This document shows, piece by piece, positions 24,386 to 37,107 of a stretch of 64,000 bases of DNA (positions are counted from its first letter, which is position 1; each line of letters opens with the position of its first letter). The stretch comes from Camelus ferus (taxonomy: Eukaryota), in assembly GCF_009834535.1 (NCBI RefSeq), contig NC_045698.1, forward strand, positions 1,862,001-1,926,000, read 5' to 3'. The translations under genes and the position numbers were made by a program. A model generated the notes under the pieces. The model was not told the origin of the DNA. It saw only the letters and a list, made by a program, of their open reading frames with translations, and searched no databases.

Positions 24386-25176
24386 TGTGTGATGGACACA
24401 GAGCCTTCTTTTCAGCTGTCCCCACCAGGTGCTGGCACCTACTTCTCCACCTCTGAGTCTGAGCTTGGCCTTGTGATAGTGGGGGCAAAAAGATGTTTGC
24501 AAATATGACTCCAGCCATCTTGGAACATGCTTGTGCATTGGCCACTCGCTTCCTTTCTCTGCCCTTGGAACTGACCCCCTGATGTAAAGGAGCCTGGCCA
24601 GCCTACCAGAACCCAACATCTGGGAGAGAACCCAGGACCCAGGTGACAGCCATGCAAGGAGCTCACGCTGGACGTCCAGGCTGAGCTGTACTCACCAGAG
24701 CCCAGACCAGACTGTCAGCCCACAGAACTGTAAGCTAAGGGATAATTGGTATACTTTTCTTTTTTAAGAGGGTTATCATTAGCATATGATGTTATGTTAG
24801 TTTCGGGTATATGAGATAGTGATTCGGTATCTTCGTGCATTATGAGTGATCACCATGATTAGACCAGTTCCCACCCATCCCCATACACAGTTGTGAGAAT
24901 ATTCTTGCTTGTATTCCTTGTACTACAGGTCACGCCCATGGCTCACCGTCTCCCAGCTGAAGGTCTGCGCCTCCTACTTCCCTTCACATACTCCGTCCGT
25001 CTCCCTCTCTTCCTCCCCTCTGTCCACCGCCTGTCTGTTCTCTGTTTTGTGATTTGTGATTCGTGAGTCTGTTTCTGTTTTGTTTTGTTCGGTCGTTTGT
25101 TTTGTTCATTAATAATGATCGTGTTAAACTATGAAGCTTTCAGCCCCCTTGTAACACAGAGAGATCAGCTGGTACA
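24386..25176 (+). mobile_element. MaLR LTR (MLT1G/H-like) split by an L1 insertion
   Basis: ctgagtctgagcttggccttgtga...cccacagaactgtaagc (to ~24752), resuming ataatgatcgtgttaaactatgaagc...ttgtaacacag...ctggtaca (~25108-25176). Confidence 0.6.
24757..25107 (-). mobile_element. L1 3' UTR fragment (L1MA9-like) nested in MLT1
   Basis: T tract, then atatgatgttatgttagtttcggg...atagtgattcgg...gatcaccatgat...gagtctgtttctgttttgttttgtt. Confidence 0.75.
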
Positions 25177-25479
25177 GATTGTAAAGCATTAAGAAGCTGC
25201 TTGCAGTTTTGACTTATAAGTTAAAATTTAATTTAGTCAGCAATGTGAAATTAGTATAGGTCACCCTTCTCCCAGCAAAAGTGAGTTACCCTACTGAGAG
25301 TCGCTTTATTTAATATTGTTTATTTTTCTTTAATTCTCTCACCATCTACAGCCAGTTAATTCTGTCCACCTAAGGTTGTACGCCTTTAGGAGAAATGAAC
25401 TTGTGGAAGTAATTAGCCATCACCTCCTGTGATGGGCTGTGTGGACCATGGGGTTTCTACCTTGTGATAGTATCCAAAA

Positions 25480-28140
25480 TCCAAGAAACCATCAAATATG
25501 TGGCAATAAAGCAACACACTTTTAAACAACCTGTGGGTTTAAGAAGAAATAAAAAGCAATTGGGAAATACTTTGAAATGAATAAAAACAAACCACAACAT
25601 CAAAACTGATGAGATGTAGCTAAAGAGGTATTTAGAGAAAATTTAGAGATGTAAATATCGATTTTAGAAAAGAAGAAATGTTGAAAATCAATAATAAATA
25701 AATAAATGAATAAATCTAGATTCCTGTTTTATAAAACTATAACAAATAAAGAAAATTAAGCCCAAACCAAGTAGGAGAAAGGAAATTATAAAAATCGCAG
25801 TGAAAATCAACAGAATAAAAAACCAGACAAACCATAGGGAAAAATCAGCGAATCTAAAAGATAATTCTTTGTGAAGACTGACAAAAATCACAGAGGTTTA
25901 GATAGAGAAGAAAAATTCCCAAATTAATGATAAAGAAGGGATATCTTTAATGGCTTTACAGAAATTGAAAAGCTTCTAAAGGAATATTACCACAACTTAA
26001 TGCCAACATATTAGACAATGTAGATAAAATGGACAAAGTCTAAGAAATAGAAAAATATCAAAACTGACTAAAGAAGAAATAGAAAACCTGAGTAGCCTAC
26101 AACTGGTAAGGAAATTGAATCAATGATTAAAACCCTTTCCAGAAAGAAAACCCCAAGTGCAGACGGCTTCATAGAAGAATTCTATCAACATATTAAAAAA
26201 AAAAAACTAATTTTACACAAATTATTCTAGAAAATACAGAAGGAAGTAACACTTCTCAATCCATTCTGTGAGGCTAGTATCAGAGTGTTACCAAAGCCAG
26301 ATAAAGACATGAAAGGAAAAAATATTACAGTATTTGTCATAAATACAGACTAAAAATACTTAGCAAAATGTTAGTAAATCAAATCCAACAGCTTATAAAA
26401 TATAACCAGGAATTTATGCCAGAACTGTTACATTGGTTTAACATCTAAAACCAATTAATGTTTTATACACACACACACACACACACACAATGGAATAGTA
26501 TTCAGCCAAAAAAAGAATAAAATAATGCCATTTGCAGTAACATGGATGGACCCAGAGTTTATCATACTAAGTGAAGTAAGTCAGACAGAGAAAGAGAAAT
26601 ATCATGATATCACTTATATGTGGTGTCTAAAAAAAAAACTGATACAAACAAACTTCTTTACAAAACAGAAATAGACTCACAGATATAGAAAACAAATGTA
26701 TGGTTACCAAAGGGAAAAGAGGAAGGAGGGATAAATTTAGAATTTGAGATTAACATATACACACTACTATATATGAAATAAACAACAAGGACCTACTGTA
26801 TAGCACAGGGAGCTATACTCAATACATTGTAATAATCTATAATGGAAAATAATATGAAAAACAATAGACATACATATGTATAAGTGAATCATTTTGCTGT
26901 ACATCTGAAAATACAGCAAATCACCTAACTTCAATAAAAAATAAAAATTAAAAAATCAATGTAATTTACCATATTAATAGGTTAATGAACAAAAGCCACA
27001 TTGCAATCTTAATCAGTATAGAAAAAATAATTGACAAAGTCCAGCATCAATTCATGATTTTTTAAAAGCGCTCAACACAGTAAGAATATAGACGAATTCT
27101 TCTATCTGACAAAGGAACCTGTAAGAATTCCACAACTAACATCATATTTAATGGTGAAAGACTGAATGTTTTCCTTTTAAGATCATGAAAAAGGCAAGGA
27201 TGTCCACTGTCACCACTTCCACTTAATATCGAACTGGATTTTTATTATTGTTTTTAAAAAGAAATTAAAAGCATACAGATTGAAAAGGAAGAAATACAAT
27301 TATTTCTATTCACAGATGACATGATCCATTACATAGAAGACCCTGAGGAACACATACCCACGACCAAACCAATACATTTTAAAGGATCTCAAGATATACG
27401 TTCAATATGTTTAAAATCAACTTTAAATCCTCTATATTAGCAACATAGAAACTGAAAATTAAATTTAGGAAACAATTCCTATTACCATAGCATGAAAAGG
27501 AGTAAAGTGTTTGGAAATAACATACAACAGAAATAAAAGCTGGTACACTGAGAAGTACAAACCATTGTGAGAGAGATCAGAGAGGATACAAATAAATGCA
27601 GAGATAGTCCACGTTTTCCTATGGGAGTCCCCAATATTAAGGTGTCAGTTCTCTTCAAATCAATCTACAGACTCAACACAATCCCTATCAAAATGCCAGT
27701 ATGCCTTTTTTATGTAAAAATTGACAAGGCGAGAAAGTTATGGTAATAAAGACAATGAGGCATTGGGCATAGGGGAGGATACATAAATCAATGAAACAGA
27801 ACTGAGAAGCCAGAAATAAACACTTCCATTATGGCCAATAGATTTTCAACAAACAAGCCAGGGCAATTCAACAGGTAAAGTATAGACTTTTCAATAAATT
27901 GTATTGGGACAATTGGAACTCAATATGCAAAAAAAAAATAAACAAAACCCAAGAAAAATAAAACTTAGGACTTAGAAGCTTATCTCATAAAAATGAACTC
28001 AAAATGATCTTACACCTAAATTTAAGAGTTAAAATTATAAAACTTCTGGAAGACAACATTAGAAGTAATCCTTGTAACCTTGGGTTAAGGAAACATGGTT
28101 TTATTATGGCAGCAAAAGCATAATACATAAAAGAAAGAAA
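25480..28140 (+). mobile_element. Old L1 ORF2 (post-endonuclease through RT to C-terminal part), decayed
   Basis: 25501-25551 W-Q*SNTLLNNLWV*EEI. 26961 onward VIYHINRLMNKSHI. RT catalytic-like FTDDM at 27309-27323. Many stops. Confidence 0.9.
26464..26955 (+). mobile_element. Younger 5'-truncated L1 3' end nested in the old L1, with (CA)n at its 5' end
   Basis: acaatggaatagtattcagcc...atgccatttgcagtaacatggatggacc...aacaaggacctactgtatagcacaggg...cttcaataaaaa. Degenerate TSD aattaatgt / aatcaatgt, and the host L1 resumes in register. Confidence 0.9.
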
Positions 28141-28149
28141 ATAGCTGTA

Positions 28150-30690
28150 ATCTTTAAGTTTATTTTTATTAATATTTAGTTTAAAATATTTCTAATTTCT
28201 ATTTTAATTAATTTTTTGAGCCGTGAAACATTTAGAAATGAGTTGTTCAGTTTTCAAACATTTGAAGATTTTGTATTTGCCTTCTTAAATTAACCTAAGC
28301 TTAATTCTGCCATGGTCAGAATATGTGCTTTTCATTATTTCAGTTCTATAGAATAGCAGATATTTTATATGTATTAGAAAAGTGTGTGTGTCCTGTTCTT
28401 GAGTTTAGTGAGTTCATTCTATTAATTTTGTAAATCATTTGAATTATCTAAATCCTTACAGATTTTTTAATCTGCTAGTTTTATTAGTATATACCTAATA
28501 ATATAGCCCCAAATTTCTGAAAAAAACAAACTAAACAAATTAAAAAACAATTCTACAATCACAGTTGCAGATTTTATTGCAAGTGTCTTAGTAGCTAATA
28601 GAACAAGTTAGGTATTGTATCTTACTCTTAGGTTGGCCATTTATCATTCTGAAATATCTTATTCTCTAGCAAACGTCTAGTCTTAAAGCCTGTTTTGCGT
28701 GACAGAATACTTACACCAGCTTTCTTTTGCTTAATTGTTGCATGGTGTATATTTTTCCAACTTTTTGCTGTCAAAAATATATATTTTCATATTTAAGGTG
28801 TATTTTTCACAGCCTCATGTAGTTTTCCCTTGATTGAGTCTGATCATCTTTTTATTGCAATATTTTGCTCATTTACATTTAGTGTGTTTTGTTTTGTTTC
28901 CTTTTTCTCTCTTCATGATTTCCTTTGAATTAAACACTTTTTAATTTTCCATTTCCCCCTCTATTTTTTGTTAGTTATGTATCATTTTAATATCTTTTTA
29001 TGGAACTCATGAGATGACAAAATGTACTCTTTAATTTTAAGATCAACTTTAAAATAAGGCTTCTAAATCTCTTACAATGCAAGAAACTTACAACAGTATA
29101 ACTCTATTCACACATGCCCCTTATCTATGCACAGCTTTTGTGCTAGTGTTGTTCCATGCTAAAATTATACATACATATATTTTTAAGCCACCAAGATGCT
29201 ATCATTATTGTTTAAGCAGCCATTATTTACATAAAACAGCCCTAAAGACGACCTTCAATGTGGGCCTGTTGCTGAATTGTGTTCTCTGGTTGTATCTGTT
29301 TGACAGCGTCTTTTATCTTCCGTACTGAAGACTTGTCTTACTTGCATTCCTGTCCTGAGCTGTAGACTGCTGGTTGGCAGTGTTATTACCATCCCAGCAC
29401 TTTACAAGATCACTGTACTTTATTTTGGTTTCTGTTGAGACGTCAGCTGGGTCCTAATGCTTGCTCCTTCAGAGGAAACCTGGCACTTTACCTGCCTGCT
29501 TTAAAGGTCCCTCCCTGAGGCTGATTTTCAGAAGCATTACTCTGGTGTGCCTGTCTCTATTTGCCCTCCTCAGCATTTGTTTGCTTGAGGTGTGTACAGA
29601 TTCATGAATTCTCAGCATGATGTCTTTTGCCAGTTTTGGAGAATATGGATTTAAAAAATGTTTTTTAATGTTTCTGCCAATTCTTTCTGTCCTGTTCTCC
29701 TGGACTCCAATTGCAGGTTATGCTCCCATTTCTCGCCAGTTTTTTTTTTTTTTTCTGTTCATTCTTCCTTGCTTCAATCTGGTTATTTTATACTCACTGA
29801 ACTTCTAGTGTACTAACCTGCTCTCCTTGCATGTTCATTTTGCTGTTAAGCACATCTTTGTAATCATAGGAAATTGGAAATCTTAGAAAGCACATCTGTG
29901 ATCTTAGAAACTGTGTCTTTGTTTATCTCAGTGTTTGGAGACCCCATTGCTCTGAACTCTGTTCTCTTGGATGTGCTAATCACGGCTATTTAAACTCTCC
30001 TTCCGTTAACTCTGCGTTAACTCTGGACCACCTGGGCAGACTTTATAGTCTATTTTGCTTCTTGCTTCTTAGTCACTATGCACTGTTTTCTGCCACACCT
30101 TAAATTTTTTTTCTTTCTCTTTTTTTTTTTTTTTACTGAACACCCAACATTATGAAAAGTTGTCAAAGCTCCAGGTAACTTATGTTCCTCCAGAGACAAT
30201 TTCACTTCGTTTTCCTCCAGCTGGTAGGGAGAGGTCTGGCAGCTGGCTGTGACCCAGCTGCGTCGGGTCTAGGCTGGCGGGACGTGTTTGCTTGTGATTT
30301 GTCTTCACTGTTACAGTTCCTTGGGTGAGTTTTATCAGGAGTAAAAATCTGGGGTTTTTACTAAGTACCCCACTCTGGATACTCCAGACTCCAATTTCTG
30401 TCTGTCCAGGACCACAGCAATTCCTGGTTAACACTTTTTGCTGCTCAGCAGCTGTCTCAGCTGGATGTTTTGGTCTCTCATTCTGCCAATGTGCAGCTTA
30501 GAAATCTTCAAGTGTTTGGCAGGGAAACTGCATGGCAAGTGTCACGCCCAGCCTGCTGCCATCCCCTTGCTCTCGGCTCCCGGCTGCCCCGGGAGCACTG
30601 GAGCCCGCCTTTCCTTTCTGCCTCCCTGTGAGACTGCTGCTGATCCCCGGCTGATGCATTCCGACCGGCCTCTGGTCATGCCATGTGGCA
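28150..30690 (-). mobile_element. Old L1, antisense: endonuclease region back through ORF1/5' region
   Basis: Minus strand 28270-28180 translates KSSNV*KLNNSFLNVSRLKKLIKIEIR (L1 WKLNNTLLNN-WVKEEI). Further antisense L1 motifs acaccagctttcttttg, tcatttacattta and ctgttgaga-gtcagctg. Confidence 0.75.
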
Positions 30691-30702
30691 AACAGCCTAG
30701 GG

Positions 30703-30890
30703 GCAGGGGCTTAAGAGGTGCAAACCTCTGCATAGGAAATAAATAAGCTACGAGGATCGAATGTACAGCACAAGGAAAACAGACAATATTTTATAATAAG
30801 TTTACGTGGAATATAGGATCTATAAAAAATTTGAACGACTATGTTGTACCTTAGTGTAATATTACAAACCAACTATACGTCCATAACCAT
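30703..30890 (+). mobile_element. L1 3' UTR fragment (L1MA9/10-like)
   Basis: taagaggtgcaaacctc...aaataaataagctacgaggat...tgtacagcacaagg...aatattttataata...ctatgttgtacc...caactatac. Confidence 0.75.
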
Positions 30891-30919
30891 TTTTTAAATT
30901 TTATAATTTATAACCTTGA

Positions 30920-31670
30920 TCACTTTAAGGATCTAAAAAAGAAGGCATAGAACCAAAGGAGATATTTCTAATATATATAATGAACAAATGCATCCAAATA
31001 TAGAAAAAAAATCATTACAAGTTAATTTTTTAAAAAAGAAACAACTCAATAGGTAAAACAGGAGACCTTGAACAGACCACTTACGAATAAAGATACCTAA
31101 ATGACCAAAAAAAAGAAAAATAATAGTGAAGAAGTACTCAACACCAGGTCATCAGGAAACACAAATTGCCTGGCAATGGGCTAGAACTACACAGCGGTCG
31201 TAATCGGTAACAGTGAGAGAAAAGAAAAGACGAAACACGCCAGCCGGCAGTGAGTGCTGAGCCGATGCAAAGCAGCGGGGACCTCCGTGCGCCGCTGTCG
31301 GGGTGTAAACTGATGCAGTTGTATCGAGCATTTGCACAGGGAGCGCTACAAGCAGTCACACTGATAGAACCGCAGCGACCCAGGACGATCTAATCTCCCA
31401 ACATGATGTGGGACAAAAGAAGCCAGGACCACGGGGTTGTGACCCCTTTTATGCCAGGTTTAAAGATGCTTCCATCATAAACTCTGGTGTGAGAAGTCAG
31501 GAGAGCGCCCACCTTTGCTGGGGGAGCAGGAGGCATGATTTGGAGGGAGAATGAACAGGGCTCCTGGGGGTCTGGAAATATTCCATTTCTTAACCTGAAA
31601 ATTCACTGCACTGTGTCTTCACATTGGTGTGTGCGCATTAAACTCCAGAATAAAAGGGTTGAAAAATAAT
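30920..31670 (+). mobile_element. Old L1 (L1ME-like) ORF2 C-terminus and 3' UTR
   Basis: ttgaacagaccactt...gtactcaacacc.gtcatcaggaaa.acaaatt...aaaagaagccag...agaagtcagga...ggctcctggggg...aatattccatttctt...aaaattcact. Confidence 0.7.
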
Positions 31671-34600
31671 TGCTGCTTGTTTTACTAAGCAGGGCCTTAC
31701 TTCTCGCTGAGGGTTGCTGTGCAGGGCTTCAGCATGCACATTCAGGGAGGCAGAAATGAAAGCATGAACAAGTAAATGAAAGCAGAAGTCACATCAGAGG
31801 TTAGTATGACCCAGAGGAGAACCCCCTGAGCACTGGGAGGGGTCCTGGCTGTTGCTGGTGGACCCTCACACCACCGGGGCCTCTGACCACGGCCCGGGGC
31901 AGCGTGGCGGATGTAAGGAGGGAGGGTCTTCCTCCTGGGCGGTCGGGGCCCAGCCAGAGTTGCCCCCAGTGCCAGGGCCCAGAGGCTGCCAGTGTTCACG
32001 ACCAGTGGGCTCGTCCCCTCACATCACTCTGGGCCGGACGCCCCAGTGCCTTGCTCACTTCCTCGGGTCAGGGGCTCTCTGAAGGAGGCACCCGAGGACA
32101 CGTGACATTGGTACTGCTGTGACCAGGCAGCTTTGGTCCAGACCAGCCGGGAGCGGGAGTGCAGGGCCACAGCCAGAGCAAATCTTGACGCCCTTTGTCC
32201 CCAAACACAGATGAAAACACGGCATCACGGGTCTCCTTCGAGGGCGAGACGCCACCCCTGGTTCCCTTGGAGCCTCATGGAAGGTCAGTGAGTGGGGCCG
32301 GGTCTTCTGTGTTAGGAAATTACCACCTTCACCATCACAGAAGCTTTTATTAAATCAAACAGTCGAAGTAATAAATTAAAACCAAATGTCAAACCCTGCC
32401 TAGAACAGAGTAGTCACCTCTAGGAACATCGCTGATTGAAAGAGAGAGTGTAAGCCCAAGGGTTTTCTTTGAAGGCGAGGATAACTGGTGCAAAGGCCCT
32501 TAAACTTCCAACTCAGACGCCAAAGCCCTTGAGCGTCTCCCAAAGGATGAGGGAGGAGTGGAGAACGCGATGATCTTTGTTTAAATGACCCAGTTCCTTA
32601 CCCTGGGGACACAGCCTCTTCTAAACCTGTCTTGGAATTGGCAGGTGTGCAGAGAGAGGTTTAAAGACTTGAAATTATCTAATGATTTCATCCTTCGCAA
32701 TACCTGCTACCTCCACGCATTTAGAACATTTTAATCTTCAAGGCGAGAGATGGCATTGCTAGATGGCAAACGTCTGGGAATGGAACTTGGGAGAAGGTCA
32801 TCGTCCAAGGCCACTCCTGGGCTTAAGCCCTGTTGGGTCTCAAAAGAGTCCTGGACCTGGGACAAACAGCCCTGGTCTCCAGGGTGACGGTGTGGACAAG
32901 CCACGGTGAATCAGGCACGCATGATTTCCTTCCACCATTCCTGTGAAGCTCTGATGACGGTTGTGTTAGCAACTGGAAATGTCTTCTTAGTACAGCCACT
33001 TTTGCCTTTGGAGGCACGTTCTAATGGCAACAGACCTGCAGGACACAGACATTTAAGATACTTATCAGCCACCCAAGTAAGTTGTTATGTCTAAAGAAAC
33101 TGTCCCGTCACTCTGCGTCTGTTAAACTCTTTGATAAAAAATGTAGGTCATTTTCTTTCCATTTATGCAAACAACACCCCTGCGGAGGAGCAGACATGCG
33201 GTCAGGAGTAAATGTCCCTCCTGGGGATGTGGGGTGACCGTCACGGCACCCACCTTCCTTCCTCCTCCAAATGACTCGCGGACCGATCACCCCTCAGGCT
33301 GCTTGCTGCGGCTCATGGCTGGGGACAAACGTTCTGGTACCTGGGGTAAAGTGACAGGTGCTGTGCCAACTTCGAGGGAGAAGGCTCAGTGAACGGCCCT
33401 GATAAACTGCCAGGAGCAGGGAACGGTGACTATTCTTATTGAAATCCCACACTTTGATCAACTTATCCCTGATTTTTGACACCAGAGGCAACGCTAAGCA
33501 AACATCTTCTAATCGCATCTCTCTTCAAGGCTTCGTTTACACCCAGGATATTGTTGAGATACTGCCGATGCGTCTCCGTACCCCAAAAAGTCAACTGGAC
33601 ATCCCTGAAAATAAATTCTATCCCGGCAAGCTAGTGTGATCCAAGTAGCTTCCCTGGGGAAGGCAGGTGTTTGCTGACACAGAGACACCCGCTTGCACCT
33701 TGGGGTTTAAAGTGAAGGTTACCTGGAACTGCAAGCACCCCCTCAGCAGGGCCTCCTCCAGGCTCCGCTGAGATGACACACACACGGCGCTAATTAGCAG
33801 GCACTTCAGGTTTTCTGCTGTATCTTACATTATCCATTACTTTCGCTGTTTCCACATAAAGGAGTGTTTCCTTTAACAACTGTGCCTCAGTGGCATCTGC
33901 TCCTGGATTACCCGTGTGCAGACGTGTTTGTTGAGCTGTGAAGCGTCACTCTGCAGACTATGTTTCTGTTTGTTGATAACTGACAACAATCACACAAAAG
34001 CATCCTGCGTTACGCAGGGGTGGTGTGTGACGTTGTAGGCAAGTGCTTGAGGAAACTAGACAAGCCAGACTGTGGAGCCCTGCCTTTGAAATATGATTTA
34101 AAGCAGAATTTATAATGTCACAGAATTACATAAAACTGTGTGAAATTGTGCAGATAATCATTTAAATCTCCCTACATGAAAAGATAATTGCTCCAGAAAT
34201 TAACTGTACCTGGGGTTCATTCATTTGGTCATGGCTAGTTTCTTGTGTAGCGATGATTTGATATTGGAGTTAATTAAGATCAGGTCAGAGTTGCTGAAGG
34301 TCAGACATTAATGTGTGGGATCATTGAAATGATAATTATAAACAGATTAGGAAGCCACGGTCCTTTATAGGGGTTATTAGATAATTACTGTGAGAGAGAA
34401 CGGCTTACTGTAATAATGGATTATCGACTACTCACAGCGTTTTAAGGGCGTGAGTGTGTTACTTCCTGCAGCACTGAAGAATACTGTCGTCGGCCCTCAG
34501 CGCTCAGCAAACAAAGTGGGAGGGTGCTGGCGACAGGCCTTTCTCCCCGCAGCGTTTTGATTTTAGGGGGTGCGGGTTGTGATGAGTGTTGCCTTTGTCT

Positions 34601-36849
34601 GCAGGGATGTGAGGATGTCAGGACCTCGGAGGGGAGATGGGAAATCACCCCAGGACTCCCTAGCGGGGGACAAGGGCTGCAGGGAAGCCCCTCCCTGGTT
34701 CCTTTGCTTGGGAGCTTCTGTGAGGGTTGGACATCCATAAAGGATCCCTCGGAGCGGGACGGGAGGTGGCTGAGCTGTGCAGGGTCTCCAGCGCAGAGCG
34801 GGCCTTCCTCGGCTGCTCCTGTCTCTGGGCAGCTTGTCAACATCTGCAGGGCGTGAGGTTTCAGCCTGGCAGTGGATGCTGGGCTGTGGGGCCGTGACAT
34901 CCAGAACCCGGGGCAAAGGCTCCTAAACGCAAATCCTAAGCCGGAGGCCGTTGGCGCGTCTGCTCGCCTTTAGGTCAGCTCACACCACGGGCAAGCGTCC
35001 CCGGGACGGAGAGGAGGAGGAAGCCCAGCTTGTCTAGCCCCAGGCCTGAGAGTGCCGAGCCTCAGGCCTCAGCCCGGTCGCCACCAAACGGCTGTAACTC
35101 CTTCCAAGCCTTCGCCCTCTGTGGACGGACAGCGGTGACTCCTGCTGAGTGAGGTCTGTGCTGAGGGTCCGGAAAGCTGGCGGAAAACACGAGATCTGTG
35201 CCGATTCTGATGGCGGCTTGTTGAGCGATTAGTCCTCAGCAGGGATTCCAGGCGAGACTTTGGACTTGGCTGGGGGGAGACGCCTTTGCTGCCAGGGGCT
35301 TCACGACACATGCCACGTCGGCGGAACACGGGGAGCAGCTGGCATCCTGGGTGGGGGCGACCCTTCTGATGACGGGGCCCCAGGATGGTGGCCCAACAGC
35401 AGTGGTTCCTGGCATGCTCGGAGGGCTTCCTGTCTGAAGACCCGGACTGCGTGAGTCCCCGGTCTAGACCCAGTCCCTGGGCCCAGGTCCAAACCTCCTG
35501 GAGTCCTTGGAAAGAACTTTGACCTCAGTGTGATCAGCAGTGTTAGGATCAAGATCAGGAAGGACCCCATTATTGTCCGCTCACAGCGAAATGTCCAGAC
35601 TCCAATGCGGCAGAAGCCCAGGCCTGGCATCTTCTCTGAAACAGGATCTGCAGCTGGGAACTGAAAATCAGGCAGGGTCTGAGGCTTGAGAGGGTCGGCC
35701 GCCCAGGGCCCCAGCTCCGCCTGCAGGTTACAGACGGGCTGGGGAGTTGGACCCGGTCCCCCTGAGAGCCGTTCCGGGGTGAGCTGCAGGCCAGCCATGG
35801 GGCTGCTGTTCAGGCTGTCGAGCGGAGGGCCCGAGCCAGGTTCTAAGCGATTCGATTCCTGGTTTCCTGGAACACAGCTCACGCTCCCTCCTCCCCAGTC
35901 ACTCTCAGGTCTGACTTGCAGAGAAGAATCTCGGCTTCTTGCAGTTCCGTTCTCTCCATAGGAATGCTTGGTGCTCAGCTGTCAGAGGCAGTGGCCGTGG
36001 AGGGGGCGCTGGACGGGTCCCTGTGAGCTACCATTTACCCTGTTTGTCTTGATCTACATCTTGGTTGATAGAAGCTGGAGGCACGTGCAGGCACGTGGAG
36101 GAACGCTTGGTGTCTCTACCATTCATATTCGACTGAGGGTTTCCAGGAGGCAAAGTTACATTCTGAGTCTCGGGGGAACATTCCACCTCCAAAGACGGTC
36201 CCTGCCCCGGCGGTTCTGAGTGCACCTCTGTCCCAGAGTCCGGGAGCTCTGCCACCCCCAGAGGAAGACAGGCGCTCTTCTCTCTAAGAAAGAGGCTGAA
36301 TCAGAACACGCTTTGCTGAAACTTCTGTGTCGCTGGGAGCCCCAAGAAGGACAACTGGGAGGAGGCTGGCATGTGGCTGGGACGCCCAGGCAGCCGGTCC
36401 CCCGGGGCCAGCCGCGCAGTCACGGCGTGCTGGTCTGTGCGTCTGGGGGAGACGATGCTCCCTCGGCAGAGCACTTGGGAGACAGAAACCTCAAGTTTAA
36501 ATGTGGGGTTTGGGCCCTTATTTCAGAACAGCACCCCAGAATCTCTACATCTCCCCCCGGGTCCAGCAGAAGAAGAGGGGCTGGCCTCCTGTGGTTTAAG
36601 ACCCACTTCTCCCACTGAAGTGCATATGTACTTGAGCTTTGATGCGGTGGTTCTTGGACCCAAGTGGAACCATCATGAATTGTTTGCCTTTGATGGTTCC
36701 CGGGTCAGAGGGCGTTCGTCTCCTCGGCTACAAACCGGCAGCACGAACACCAGCTTCGTGCCAGTGGAGAGAGGCGCGTCCAGGTCTGGGCCCTTGCCCA
36801 GCCTCGCACAAATGACACTCAGAGGCCACGGAGAATGAGCAACGATCCC

Positions 36850-37107
36850 GGGGGTGGGGGGTATGGATAGATTAGGAGGTGGGGATTAACAGATACACAC
36901 TATTGTATATAAAACACATTAACAACAAGGGCCTACGGTAGAGCACAGGGAGCTAGATTCAGTTTCTTGTAATGAGCTGTAACGGAGAAGAATCTGAAAA
37001 AGGTATGTGCGTATGTATGTGTGTAACTGAATCACTTTGCTCTGCACCCGAGACTAACATCGTAAACTGACTACATGTCAATGAAAAATAAGGATTAAAA
37101 AAAGAAG
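36850..37107 (+). mobile_element. 5'-truncated L1 3' UTR (artiodactyl-type)
   Basis: gattaacagatacacactattgtatataaaa...aacaacaagggccta...agcacagggagcta...ctgaatcactttgct...gtaaactgactac, then an A tail. Same family as 26464-26955. Confidence 0.9.

Noticed and set aside
25480..28140. Reverse-transcriptase motifs suggesting a retron, DGR or novel RT system
   Set aside because: The motifs match mammalian L1 ORF2 and are full of stops and frameshifts; an ordinary dead LINE.
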